Shown piece after piece: positions 20,801 to 30,463 of a stretch of DNA of 64,000 bases. Both the position numbers and the translations under genes were made by a program. The notes beneath the pieces are model-generated. The model ran no database searches. It saw only the letters and a list, made by a program, of their open reading frames with translations, and was not told where the DNA came from. Positions within the stretch are counted from its first letter, which is position 1, and the number at the start of each line of letters is the position of its first letter. The stretch is from an uncultured Poribacteria bacterium (GTDB lineage: Bacteria > Poribacteria > WGA-4E > WGA-3G): positions 3,808,001-3,872,000 of the forward strand of contig OX638351.1 in NCBI GenBank assembly GCA_951813565.1. The letters run 5' to 3'.

Positions 20801-20935
20801 TGCGATATGAAAATCACCAATTTTCTGCCATGCCAGCGCGTGTACGCCCTTTTGATATTTTTCTACTAAGGCGGTGAACGCTGATTGATCACCGTCTAAT
20901 GTACGCTGAATCAGTTCAGCATCCTTCTTTTTCAT
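17807..20935 (-). CDS. ECF sigma factor fused via a hydrophobic segment to a BNR/Asp-box beta-propeller domain
   Basis: DAELIQRTL.GDQSAF, AQEITQDVFL, GWLYVIA, SPNTVRSRLSRAR; hydrophobic LAMSAASAVLVLLLMGIG; repeated S.D.G.(T/S)W boxes; GGAGG RBS before ATG 20935. Confidence 0.9.
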   Translation of the reverse strand: MKKKDAELIQRTLDGDQSAFTALVEKYQKGVHALAWQKIGDFHIAQEITQDVFLRAYQKLGTLKNHNLFCGWLYVIATNLCNEWLRKKRLPIQSLETVDSKEVDQVAYTQYVEEQREADANEIRRELVRDLLKKLPESERTVMTLHYLGEMKCESISEFLGVSPNTVRSRLSRARNRLKKEETMIKENLSSFQLPTQMTENIMKEISRLNPVAPSGSKPLVPLAMSAASAVLVLLLMGIGTQRLSDFQKPYNLNAQSERTIEISEAQLVIDSPAKPAVRNQVGHVDLTGKSNGVGQKPDDPLFAAANADETEVSNAKQQWVQTKGPEGGLVSGLFTTTRGDVFAGTRHGLYRLTDDGTAWKLINNTKGPSHTLLTPSPMWWPVVERQDTLYLATMNEILASTDRGETWETLCESIEGPLVDMVITDGIPGALSDMTIYLAYTNVVFRTDNAGKSWTLLPEGLKDKKIKAIAAIENTVFAGTDKGLFRLNSDTWEQVSINPEDAQDETLDIVALVVTENHLYVAAIMEGVIFSDGLLYKVGSESIITTVIPPSDKQLPGWIELRGNEALRIAWSLFHSTDRGNSWKSITPRYDSPDKKQLQNRRSPKREPQVNKLPDSTYAISEIQWANAENSIPKITASGVKVMVMDGEDHFYSIDAGEEWTSLAAGEFYSIDAGKKATVEVGADKISSATGAVMLNATTIFRSGTHGIHRSTDSGKSWHQFNTGLVNTNVQQLIVLNGTLYANTETGLVYSIDDGESWIPFSNDTSDFTHIEVFNGELYASIGRKGTSRFLRLSSEGNSFTDIPRVPVLKNVLGLTKSQFSHEWIELSQNENQFLIVAHLGNFSVTDTAYYLEYQNELFRWRIGSLNWYNTGISDIDKPIHIDLNSKFVIAKNLWFAVSGKTVYVGKRDGRLMQSFDEGDTWNDVTENLPFSVGRFNAITFVGNSVYVATDKGVIRSRNGTDWQTLTDAEGIPLVVVRFAVDGTTVYSTARRKVYQLQEGSDTWHQVTPEIPYPVSCLDVDGNTLYVGTFRRGVLRFALDE

Positions 20936-21143
20936 GGGAATCCTCCGGAGTTTTAGCATCCCTTGATTAATTAGACGCATCTTAGATCGTAAAATGTTGC
21001 ATTTTTTTTATGGTGAGCAGAAAATTAAATAATTTTCAATTTGTTGGCAATTATGTTATACTTTCATGCTATACTTTAATAGAAGCACACTGTAATGAAA
21101 AGGATTTTATAACCTTATATATTCACTTGGGTGGAGGAAAGGA

Positions 21144-21944
21144 ATGGAACAACTGATAACAGATGAGCAGTGGGAACATTTTACGGAACACGGTTATGTT
21201 CGCATAGGGCAAGTTGCCACTGATGACGAATTAGCACAGTTGCAACAACGGATGGACGACATCATGCTCGGCAAGGCACCACTTGATTATAACCAAATCA
21301 TGATGCAACTTGACAGAGCACCGGGAACAAACGCACCCGGTCCGCAGTCGGCAGGACATAAGGGCGCAACGCTATTGTATCGGAAAATACAGAATCTCGA
21401 ATTTGATCCATACTTTTTAACGTATCTCCAGAATCCTATATTCAAGGAAGTTTGTGCGAAAATCTATGGGGATGGCGTCCCAATACTATGTTTTCGTGCG
21501 ATGTTTATGAACAAACCTGCACGCGAAGGCACTTATCTTGTTTGGCATCAGGACAGATGGACAGACCTTGACCGGGACCCGCAAATTACCATCTATACCG
21601 CCTTGGATCCAGCAACGATCGAAAACGGTTGTGTGCACATTATTCCCGGCTCACACAGCGCTCTTATTAATCCCGGCCACGGTTCCGGATTTCTGACACA
21701 AGAACAAATTGACGACATCGTTGAGAACGCCACACCTCTGCCATTAGAATTGAAGGCAGGTGAGGTGGTCTTACTACATAATTGGATGCTTCACAGTTCC
21801 GGCACAAATCAGACTGATATCCCTCGACGCGCTTTTAGTGTGTGCTACATGCATGGCGACACGCGTTCGCATCGCGGTGGATCTTTTAGACGTGTTTTTG
21901 GTGAAGGTGCGTTGAGTGTGGAAGATTTAGCGAAAACTGCTTAG
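21144..21944 (+). CDS. Phytanoyl-CoA dioxygenase (PhyH) family protein
   Basis: WHQD, ENGC..IPGSH, H.S..N, RRA motifs. Confidence 0.92.
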   Translation: MEQLITDEQWEHFTEHGYVRIGQVATDDELAQLQQRMDDIMLGKAPLDYNQIMMQLDRAPGTNAPGPQSAGHKGATLLYRKIQNLEFDPYFLTYLQNPIFKEVCAKIYGDGVPILCFRAMFMNKPAREGTYLVWHQDRWTDLDRDPQITIYTALDPATIENGCVHIIPGSHSALINPGHGSGFLTQEQIDDIVENATPLPLELKAGEVVLLHNWMLHSSGTNQTDIPRRAFSVCYMHGDTRSHRGGSFRRVFGEGALSVEDLAKTA

Positions 21945-21999
21945 GGCAATTTCACATTTTACTTTTCGGACTAATACATTATAACAATTAGGAGTAATT

Positions 22000-23004
22000 A
22001 TGTCAAAAATTCGGCTCGCCATGATTGGATGTGGCGGCAACTCTTCAGGACACGCGCGGCGAATGAACGGAAATCTTGATGTGCAGATTGTCGGCACATG
22101 CGATGTCCATACTGACATTGCCGACGGTTATATTGATCGCAATTTGTCTGACCTTACCCCGCGTCCCGGTGCTTATGATGATATAGCGAAGATGCTTAAA
22201 GAAACAAAGCCGGATGCAGTGGTAATTTCTACGCCGCATACGTTACACTTTGAACAGGGCATGCAAGCACTTGAAGCGGGATGCCACGTTTTAATGGAAA
22301 AACCGATGGTCACCTCTTCCGAAGATGCGTATACACTTGCTGAAAAGGTTGAAGAGACAGGGCTTATATTGACAATTGGTTACAATACACCATGTTCGGC
22401 TAACTTTCATTATATTCGCGAGATTGTCCGCAACGGTGAATTTGGTAAACTGGAGTTGGTAATCGGTTATATTACACAAAATTGGAAAAGCGCGACAATA
22501 GGTGCATGGCGGCAGAAACTGGCACTTTCTGGTGGCGGACAGGCTTACGATAGTGGTGCACACCTCCTTAATAGTCTCTGCTGGACAGTGGAAGCGAAGG
22601 TTGAAGAAGTTTATGCTTATACCGACAATATGGATACGGAAGTAGACATTAATTCGTCGATTAACATCAAATTTGAAAACGGTGTGCTTGCGTCAATGGT
22701 GATAAGCGGGAATTGTCCGAGTCCTGGTGGCACACACATGGCACTCATTTTTGACAACGGCAGAATTGAAGTTGATGGCTGGGGTGGCGGCTGGATTCGT
22801 GTTTGGAAAGGTGGTGAGGCATTAGATCCGCCTCCGATTACACCTGAAATGTCTGCGGGGAATCCGGATGACAATTTTATTGATGCTATCTTGGGGAGGG
22901 TGGAACCGCGCACCAATCCAATGAACGGTATTATTCAATCTGAACTGATGGATCTGATTTACGAATCTGCGGAAACGAAGATACCTGCGCGTCCGAAACG
23001 GTAA
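22000..23004 (+). CDS. Gfo/Idh/MocA oxidoreductase
   Basis: IGCGG, TPH..H, MEKP, GGG...D.G.H. Confidence 0.9.
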   Translation: MSKIRLAMIGCGGNSSGHARRMNGNLDVQIVGTCDVHTDIADGYIDRNLSDLTPRPGAYDDIAKMLKETKPDAVVISTPHTLHFEQGMQALEAGCHVLMEKPMVTSSEDAYTLAEKVEETGLILTIGYNTPCSANFHYIREIVRNGEFGKLELVIGYITQNWKSATIGAWRQKLALSGGGQAYDSGAHLLNSLCWTVEAKVEEVYAYTDNMDTEVDINSSINIKFENGVLASMVISGNCPSPGGTHMALIFDNGRIEVDGWGGGWIRVWKGGEALDPPPITPEMSAGNPDDNFIDAILGRVEPRTNPMNGIIQSELMDLIYESAETKIPARPKR

Positions 23005-23063
23005 AATGATTATCAGGAAACCAGGCAATTAGGATATTGCTGGATACATTTTGGGAGGGAGTA

Positions 23064-23306
23064 ATGGGTTTGTTCTACATTTTTCTAATGCCTTTTCCAG
23101 TAATAATTGGAATTTTCGTGTATATGTTCCTTTTTTCTGAATTAGATATATGGAGCTTAAGTTACACAGAAACCGATAGATTCGGACGTAGATACCGTAG
23201 GAAATTGTTTTATCCTGGACGATTCTGCATAGGGTGTGGGAGAAGGATAATAACAAATATTCCTAAGTGTCCTTCGTGTAATCGCTATTTTTCAAAAGAC
23301 AGTTAG
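23064..23306 (+). CDS. Small membrane protein with C-terminal zinc ribbon
   Basis: GGGAGG RBS; N-terminal hydrophobic helix; CIGC...CPSC. Confidence 0.6.
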   Translation: MGLFYIFLMPFPVIIGIFVYMFLFSELDIWSLSYTETDRFGRRYRRKLFYPGRFCIGCGRRIITNIPKCPSCNRYFSKDS

Positions 23307-23392
23307 GGGAAGAAGATTCATCAGAGAAATTATTTTAAAATCCCATTTTCACATTTTTGTTTCACACTAAATCATTCCCATTGGAAAACAAT

Positions 23393-24346
23393 ATGTCAAA
23401 AACCTCAAATCAAGGTTCAGAACAGGTATCTGAAGATCAAAACTTTAGGTCCGGATATGTAAGTATCATCGGTGCGCCGAACGTTGGTAAATCTACACTG
23501 CTTAACACCATCTTAGGTCAGAAGTTAGCGATAGTCACGCCAAAACCGCAAACAACCCGAAATCAGATTCGCGGGATTGTTACGGCCGACACACATCAGA
23601 TGGTTTTCGTTGATACTCCGGGACTGATGGATCCGAAGTATCGTTTGCAATCAGAAATGGTTCGGACTGCTTATGGGGCTTTACGGGATGCGGATATAGT
23701 TCTGTTCGTCATTGATGTCGCACACCCAAATGATGAGATTGAAGACACGATTATAGAACGTCTCCCTCGCGCCAAAGTTGCCAAAACTATTCTTGTTCTT
23801 AATAAGGTAGATATGGTCGATAAACTGACACTTCTACCTATTTTTGAGAATTTCAGTGAGAAGTTTGAATTTGATGATATGATACCGATCTCCGCTAAAA
23901 CCGGTGATGGGGTGCCGATCCTCCTTGAACAGGTTGGTTCATATTTGCCGCCGGGACCTCTTTTTTTTCCGGAAGATCAACTCAGCGACCTCCCCGAACG
24001 TTTTTTCATCTCCGAAACAGTCAGAGAGAAAATTATGCTTATCACGCAACGGGAGGTACCCTATGCGTCTGCGGTTGTCGTTGAGGAATTTGAAAAAAGA
24101 CAACGCCGCAACGCAGAAGAGATCATTTACATTAGAGCAATCGTTTATGCTGAAAAGCAAACACAAAAGCAAATAATTATTGGTAAAGGTGGAAAGTTGA
24201 TTAAACGAATTGGTGAATTAGCACGTCTTGATATAGAGAAGTTCTTGGATGCTTCAGTCTATTTGGAATTATATGTAACTGTTAAAGCGGATTGGCGTAG
24301 AGACGTACAAAAACTCAGAGAGTTAGGCGGTTTTTTAGAACTATAG
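23393..24346 (+). CDS. era: GTPase Era
   Basis: GAPNVGKST, PQTTR, DTPG, NKVD, EVPY, IIIGKGG KH domain. Confidence 0.96.
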   Translation: MSKTSNQGSEQVSEDQNFRSGYVSIIGAPNVGKSTLLNTILGQKLAIVTPKPQTTRNQIRGIVTADTHQMVFVDTPGLMDPKYRLQSEMVRTAYGALRDADIVLFVIDVAHPNDEIEDTIIERLPRAKVAKTILVLNKVDMVDKLTLLPIFENFSEKFEFDDMIPISAKTGDGVPILLEQVGSYLPPGPLFFPEDQLSDLPERFFISETVREKIMLITQREVPYASAVVVEEFEKRQRRNAEEIIYIRAIVYAEKQTQKQIIIGKGGKLIKRIGELARLDIEKFLDASVYLELYVTVKADWRRDVQKLRELGGFLEL

Positions 24347-24485
24347 TAAAAGAAAATTATATAATTTACTAAAGTAAGTTCCTACCATAAGTTAGGGATA
24401 GCAGTCGGTAATCGGAACCCGTCAGCAAAAGGTTTCCAATACCAATCCGAAGTCCGGCAGCTAAAAAGAAGAGGGAAATAATGCT

Positions 24486-27400
24486 ATGGCAGACGCGTCA
24501 ATTGACATCCACGGCGCACGAGAACATAACCTTAAAAATATTGATATTCAACTCCCAAAAGATAAACTGATAGTTTTCACTGGCGTTAGCGGTTCAGGTA
24601 AATCCTCACTTGCAATTGATACGCTATATGCCGAAGGACAAAGACGATATATAGAATCACTTTCTGCTTATGCACGGCAATTTTTAGGACAACTCGGTAA
24701 AGCAGAAGTTGACAAGATTATCGGTTTGTCACCCTCTATCGCTATCAATCAAGGTTCCACTGGACATAATCCCCGTTCAACGGTTGCGACTGTAACCGAA
24801 ATTTACGATTATCTTCGTGTTCTTTTTGCCCGCGCAGGAGAATTTCACTGTCTTGAATGTGGACAACAGGTCGGTTCACAAACAATTGCAGATATCGTTT
24901 CGCGGATCCTGAGTTTCCCACCACGCACGCGTCTCATGATTTTAGCACCTATCGTCAGAGGTAGACGCGGCGAATATCGAAAAGAGTTGTCAGACGCACG
25001 TAAGATGGGCTTCGTTCGCGCCCGAATTGATGGGGAAGTACACGAAATTAGTTCCAACATTGCTCTCAATCCGAATCAAACCCATAACATTGATATTGTC
25101 GTTGATAGGATTATCATTAAAGAAAATATCCATAGTCGCGTTGCTGATGCAGTTGAAACAGCGCTTTCCCTCGGAGATGATAGTTTAATTGTGAATGTTG
25201 TGTCTTCAGAAAGCAACACCTCTCGCAAGGCATCAGAAGGTGAAGATTTGCTGTTTAGTAGACAGTATGCCTGTGCAAACTGTCAAATTAGTTACGATGT
25301 ACCTGAGCCTCGCCATTTTTCTTACAACAGTCCTTACGGGATGTGTGAACAGTGCCGAGGATTGGGTGTGCAAATGGCAATTTCACCTAAACTAATTATA
25401 GCAGATGAAACACTTCCTATTTTGGAAGGGGCGATAATCTTATGGAAAAAACCCGGTCATGAAGAAAGGATGGTAGCTCAGTCCCTTGCATCACATTTAA
25501 AGTTTAAACTAAAAACGCCTTGGAAGGATCTGAAACCGGAGCAGCAGCATGCTGTCCTTTATGGGACAGGTGATAACGTGCTTACTTTTCGTCAACCTGC
25601 AAAGGATAGTAGGCGGCGTGGAAGACGTTTTCGCGGTAGATTTCAAGGACTGATCCCAGCGCATGAACAACGATTTCTCTCGTTAGACGTAGACGAAGAA
25701 GGGGATTCTCACCTTCCTGATTACTTTGTTAAGATGGAGTGCAGAGAGTGTAGTGGAACTCGCTTGCAGCAAGGGGTTAAAGCCATCACCATAGCAAACA
25801 TCAACATCACGGATGTACTGAATATGTCAATTCAAGACGCCACGTCCTTCTTTAATACCCTTGAACTCCCAGATCGCGAGGCTTTCATCGCTTCAGAACT
25901 GTTAAAAGAAATTCGCTCACGTTTAGGATTTCTGATGGACGTAGGTTTAGGATATCTAACACTGTCTCGTTCTGCCCCGACATTATCCGGTGGTGAGGCA
26001 CAACGGATCCGACTTGCCAGTCAAGTTGGAGCGGGTTTACGCGATGTGACTTATGTCCTTGATGAACCCAGTATTGGATTACACCCTCGTGACCATGCTG
26101 GTTTGCTGAAAACCCTGATGAATCTCCGTAATCAGGGTAATACCGTTATTGTCGTTGAACATGATGAAGCGACTATGTTGGTGGCAGATTGGATAGTCGA
26201 CTTCGGTCCTGGTGCTGGTATTAGAGGCGGTGAAATAACTGGTATGGGAACGCCGCAACAATTGATAGAAGGGAACGACTCACTTACAGCACAATATTTG
26301 CGCGGTGAAAAAGAGATTGTGCATCCCGAAGTGAGGCGTGCAACAGGTGAAAAGTGGGTGCAAATCTGCAATGCACGCCAAAACAACCTTAAAGAGATTA
26401 GCCCCAAAATCCCTGTGGGCACCCTCTGCTGTGTAACAGGTGTAAGCGGTTCCGGTAAAAGTTCGCTCATCCACGATATTCTCTACAGTGCACTTGCACG
26501 CGACCTCATGAAAGCAAAGACCGTGCCGGGTGACTACGACAACATTCAGGGTATTATTGAAGACGAAACTGTACCGGTATCTGATGTTATTGATAAAATT
26601 ATTAATATTGACATGGCGCCTATTGGACGGACGCCGCGTTCTAATCCAGCTACCTATACAAAGGTATTTGATGCAATCCGGGCCTTCTATACGAATTTAC
26701 CTGATGCTAAACTACGTGGATATAAAGCTGGGCGATTTAGTTTCAACGTTCCTGGGGGAAGATGTGAGGCATGCAGCGGCAATGGAGCAAAAAAAGTTGA
26801 CATGGGATTGCTGGCTGATGTTTGGGTGGAGTGTGACGTATGTAACGGCAAACGTTATAATAATGAAACACTCACTATTAAATATAAAGAGAAAAATATC
26901 TCTGATGTCCTTGAAATGGATGTTGAGGCTGCACTCACCCATTTTGCAGACCTGCCCAAAATAGCAAGAGGATTACAATTACTTCACGATGTTGGTTTGG
27001 ACTACCTCAAACTTGGACAACCTGCGCCTACGCTTTCAGGTGGCGAAGCACAACGGATTAAACTCTCAAAAGAACTTTCCAAACGCAGCACTGGCAAAAC
27101 ACTCTACATTCTTGATGAACCCACTACTGGCTTGCATTTCGACGATGTGAACAAACTGTTGACTATTCTCCATAGGTTAGTTGACGAAGGGAACACTGTG
27201 GTGGTGGTAGAACACAACCTTGAAGTCATCAATTCAGCAGATTATCTAATTGATTTAGGTCCGGAAGGAGGTGTCGGTGGCGGCACGGTCGTTGCAGTAG
27301 GCACCCCCGAAGAAGTTGCTGATATGCCGGAATCTTATACAGGGAAAGCGCTTTGCGGGGAATACGAACTCTGGAAAACTAAGGACACAGAACAGAAAAT

Positions 27401-30239
27401 AGTTGAAAATGGTTCCATGTTTGCATACGATCTTGATAGTCCAGGTTCCGAATTTTCCAAATCTATTATGGTTCGCGGTGCAGAAGAGAATAATCTTAAA
27501 AGCATTGATATTGAAATTCCGCATCAGAGATTAACTGCCTTTACTGGTGTTAGCGGGTCTGGCAAAACATCGCTTGCGCTTGACACAATTTACGCTGAAG
27601 GGCAACGTCGTTATATTGAAACACTTAGCACTTACGCACGCCAATTTATAGGCACGATGGAGAAACCGAAAGTCTCAAAGATTGAGGGATTGTCTCCAGC
27701 AATCGCTATTTCGCACTCCAGTCCCAGTCAAAACCCGCGTTCTACAGTGGCAACAATTACCGAAATCCACGACGGTTTACGCACACTTTATGCAAGATGG
27801 GGACAGCCACATTGTCCCGAATGCAAAACAGAGGTCCGCCCACAGACCGCGCAGGAAATAGTGGAACATGTTTTCCAACTTGTATCGGAAAAAAGAGTGG
27901 ATATCTTGTCTCCACTTACAAACTTTCGTATTCGAAACATCCAGAAAATCGCTGATAACGTTTCTCGAATGACTGAATCTGAAGTGGTAATAGGAGCTGA
28001 ACGCACACCCGGCTTGAAAGGAAACGAGGACTACGCTGACGCGTTTCGTAGGTTGCAAAGAACAGGTTTCGCGCGCGTGCAAATTGATGGTGAGATTTAC
28101 CGACTCGATGAAGCACCGGAAATTCATAAACGTCGCCGCCATGAAGTTTTCCTCGTCATAGATCGTATTCAGCTTGCTGATGATGAAAAGAGTCGTTTTA
28201 CGGAAGCGGTTGAATTAGCACTCATAGAGAGCGAAGGCTTTGTTATTGTAGAGGAGAAGAAAGACCAAGAAGATACTCACAGATACTTCTTTAGTGAGCA
28301 TGCTATGTGTTCAAAATGTGGTCGGAATTTCCCGCAGCTAACGCCTCGGCACTTCTCCTTTAATAATAGATTGGGAGCATGCAGTTCATGTGAAGGGATC
28401 GGTAGGTCACTTTCGGGCACCCAGGAAATCTGTGAAACCTGTAATGGGACACGGTTAGACGAATTTCCTCGTAACGTCAAGTTCTCTGAAGCAACTATTG
28501 CTGAGTTGATGGCAATGCCGATTTCGGAGATTATCAAATTTTTTACTATACGGGTGGAAGCGATTGAGAAACACCTTTCAACAACTGCTGGTGCGCAAGC
28601 AGCAAAAGCAGCCAGAGATCAGGTGAAAGACGTATCAACCTCAAGGGCAACACACACGACGCTTCACACACATACTTCACCTGAGTTTGAGGCACAACTG
28701 CTCCGGCAAATTCAGATACGCCTCAAGTTTTTGGAGGACATCGGGCTCGGTTATCTTGGTTTGGACCGACCTGCACCAACACTTTCTGGTGGAGAAATCC
28801 GTAGAATCCGCCTTGCGAGTCAGCTTGGTACCGGTCTAACTGGCGTAACTTATATCCTTGATGAACCGAGTATTGGACTACACCCTCGCGACCAAGAACG
28901 GTTGATTTTAGCGATGAAGGATTTACGCGATATTGGCAATAGTGTCCTTGTTGTTGAGCATGATAGAGATACGATTTTATCTGCAGACCATATCATTGAT
29001 TTTGGTCCGAAAGCGGGTAAGCAAGGGGGCGAAATAGTCGCCACTGGTTCACCTATAGCCTTTACAGATTCGGAACCTATTACCCTCTCTTCTGCAACAC
29101 CAGCAAACACTAATGGTGATTCAGGTGGAGCAGCGTCTGCACTTCAGGGTAAAGGATTGACACAAGCGTATCTCTCCGATGAAATGCAAATTCGCGTTCC
29201 AGCTGTGCGGCGTAAAGGGTCAGGGAAATGGCTGAAGTTGATTGGTGCTAAGACAAACAATCTTAAAAATATTGACATAAAAATTCCGTATGGAACGTTT
29301 ACCTGTGTTACAGGTGTTTCAGGATGTGGTAAGAGTTCACTTATTGAAGGCACGTTACGTCCCGCTTTGGATGCCCGACGTTCTATCAGAAAGGGAAACG
29401 AACAAGCAGAAACTCCTTATGGAACCGCAGTGTACGATAGCATTCAAGGAACGAGTGCAATCGAACGGCTTATCCACATTGATCAGAAACCGATTGGTGA
29501 AACACCCCGATCCAACCCTGCGACTTATACCGATCTGTTCACCAAAATCCGCGAAATGTTTGCTGAGCTGCCGGATGCCAAACTCCGCGGATTTAACCGA
29601 GGGAGATTTAGTTTTAATCTCTCCTACGGACAGTGCGAAGTGTGTGATGGACAACGTTTTAATCGTGTAGAAATGCACTTCCTTCCTGACGTATGGATAC
29701 CGTGCGAAAACTGTAACAGCACAGGTTATAATGCTGAAACGCTTGAAGTGCGTTACAAGGGCAAAAACATTGCAGAGGTATTACAGATGACCGTGCAGGA
29801 AGCACTTGAGTTATTTAGTAACATCAATCGGATTAAACGACCACTCCAAACTTTAGCAGATGTTGGTTTAGATTATATCCAATTGGGACAAGCTGCGACC
29901 ACATTATCTGGAGGTGAAGCGCAGCGCGTTAAACTTGCGAAGGAGCTTGCCCGCCGCCAATCCGGTACAACCCTCTATATTATGGACGAGCCGACAACAG
30001 GCTTGCACTTTGATGATGTCCAAAAACTACTCAATGTGCTGAATAAACTCGTTGATGCAGGCAATACAATTGTCGCTATAGAACACAATATAGATGTTAT
30101 TAAATCTGCTGATTGGGTTATTGATTTAGGTCCTGAGGGCAGTGAAGGTGGCGGCAATCTTGTTGCGATGGGCACCCCCGAAGAAGTTGCTGAAGTAGAG
30201 GAATCGCATACTGCGCGTTTTCTACGTCAAGTGTTGTAA
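24486..30239 (+). CDS. uvrA: Excinuclease ABC subunit A, double-length (two tandem UvrA units)
   Basis: Four Walker A (GVSGSGKS, GVSGSGKS, GVSGSGKT, GVSGCGKS), four LSGGE and DEP motifs, zinc fingers; 1917 aa. Confidence 0.95.
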   Translation: MADASIDIHGAREHNLKNIDIQLPKDKLIVFTGVSGSGKSSLAIDTLYAEGQRRYIESLSAYARQFLGQLGKAEVDKIIGLSPSIAINQGSTGHNPRSTVATVTEIYDYLRVLFARAGEFHCLECGQQVGSQTIADIVSRILSFPPRTRLMILAPIVRGRRGEYRKELSDARKMGFVRARIDGEVHEISSNIALNPNQTHNIDIVVDRIIIKENIHSRVADAVETALSLGDDSLIVNVVSSESNTSRKASEGEDLLFSRQYACANCQISYDVPEPRHFSYNSPYGMCEQCRGLGVQMAISPKLIIADETLPILEGAIILWKKPGHEERMVAQSLASHLKFKLKTPWKDLKPEQQHAVLYGTGDNVLTFRQPAKDSRRRGRRFRGRFQGLIPAHEQRFLSLDVDEEGDSHLPDYFVKMECRECSGTRLQQGVKAITIANINITDVLNMSIQDATSFFNTLELPDREAFIASELLKEIRSRLGFLMDVGLGYLTLSRSAPTLSGGEAQRIRLASQVGAGLRDVTYVLDEPSIGLHPRDHAGLLKTLMNLRNQGNTVIVVEHDEATMLVADWIVDFGPGAGIRGGEITGMGTPQQLIEGNDSLTAQYLRGEKEIVHPEVRRATGEKWVQICNARQNNLKEISPKIPVGTLCCVTGVSGSGKSSLIHDILYSALARDLMKAKTVPGDYDNIQGIIEDETVPVSDVIDKIINIDMAPIGRTPRSNPATYTKVFDAIRAFYTNLPDAKLRGYKAGRFSFNVPGGRCEACSGNGAKKVDMGLLADVWVECDVCNGKRYNNETLTIKYKEKNISDVLEMDVEAALTHFADLPKIARGLQLLHDVGLDYLKLGQPAPTLSGGEAQRIKLSKELSKRSTGKTLYILDEPTTGLHFDDVNKLLTILHRLVDEGNTVVVVEHNLEVINSADYLIDLGPEGGVGGGTVVAVGTPEEVADMPESYTGKALCGEYELWKTKDTEQKIVENGSMFAYDLDSPGSEFSKSIMVRGAEENNLKSIDIEIPHQRLTAFTGVSGSGKTSLALDTIYAEGQRRYIETLSTYARQFIGTMEKPKVSKIEGLSPAIAISHSSPSQNPRSTVATITEIHDGLRTLYARWGQPHCPECKTEVRPQTAQEIVEHVFQLVSEKRVDILSPLTNFRIRNIQKIADNVSRMTESEVVIGAERTPGLKGNEDYADAFRRLQRTGFARVQIDGEIYRLDEAPEIHKRRRHEVFLVIDRIQLADDEKSRFTEAVELALIESEGFVIVEEKKDQEDTHRYFFSEHAMCSKCGRNFPQLTPRHFSFNNRLGACSSCEGIGRSLSGTQEICETCNGTRLDEFPRNVKFSEATIAELMAMPISEIIKFFTIRVEAIEKHLSTTAGAQAAKAARDQVKDVSTSRATHTTLHTHTSPEFEAQLLRQIQIRLKFLEDIGLGYLGLDRPAPTLSGGEIRRIRLASQLGTGLTGVTYILDEPSIGLHPRDQERLILAMKDLRDIGNSVLVVEHDRDTILSADHIIDFGPKAGKQGGEIVATGSPIAFTDSEPITLSSATPANTNGDSGGAASALQGKGLTQAYLSDEMQIRVPAVRRKGSGKWLKLIGAKTNNLKNIDIKIPYGTFTCVTGVSGCGKSSLIEGTLRPALDARRSIRKGNEQAETPYGTAVYDSIQGTSAIERLIHIDQKPIGETPRSNPATYTDLFTKIREMFAELPDAKLRGFNRGRFSFNLSYGQCEVCDGQRFNRVEMHFLPDVWIPCENCNSTGYNAETLEVRYKGKNIAEVLQMTVQEALELFSNINRIKRPLQTLADVGLDYIQLGQAATTLSGGEAQRVKLAKELARRQSGTTLYIMDEPTTGLHFDDVQKLLNVLNKLVDAGNTIVAIEHNIDVIKSADWVIDLGPEGSEGGGNLVAMGTPEEVAEVEESHTARFLRQVL

Positions 30240-30463
30240 TGTAGTCTAAATCAATTGCCTCTCCGCATTTTTTTATAACCATTCAATTTGTTCCCAATTT
30301 CACTAAACATAGACGCGAATGTTCTCGCGCATTGACTTTGTCCGCTTTATTTTTCCTAAATTCATTAGAACCGAAAACTTCGCAGCCTTCCAAATTTCCA
30401 CTTGACAAATCCTACAATACATGGAATTATAATACTATATCTATCTGAGAACATAGTATCCAC

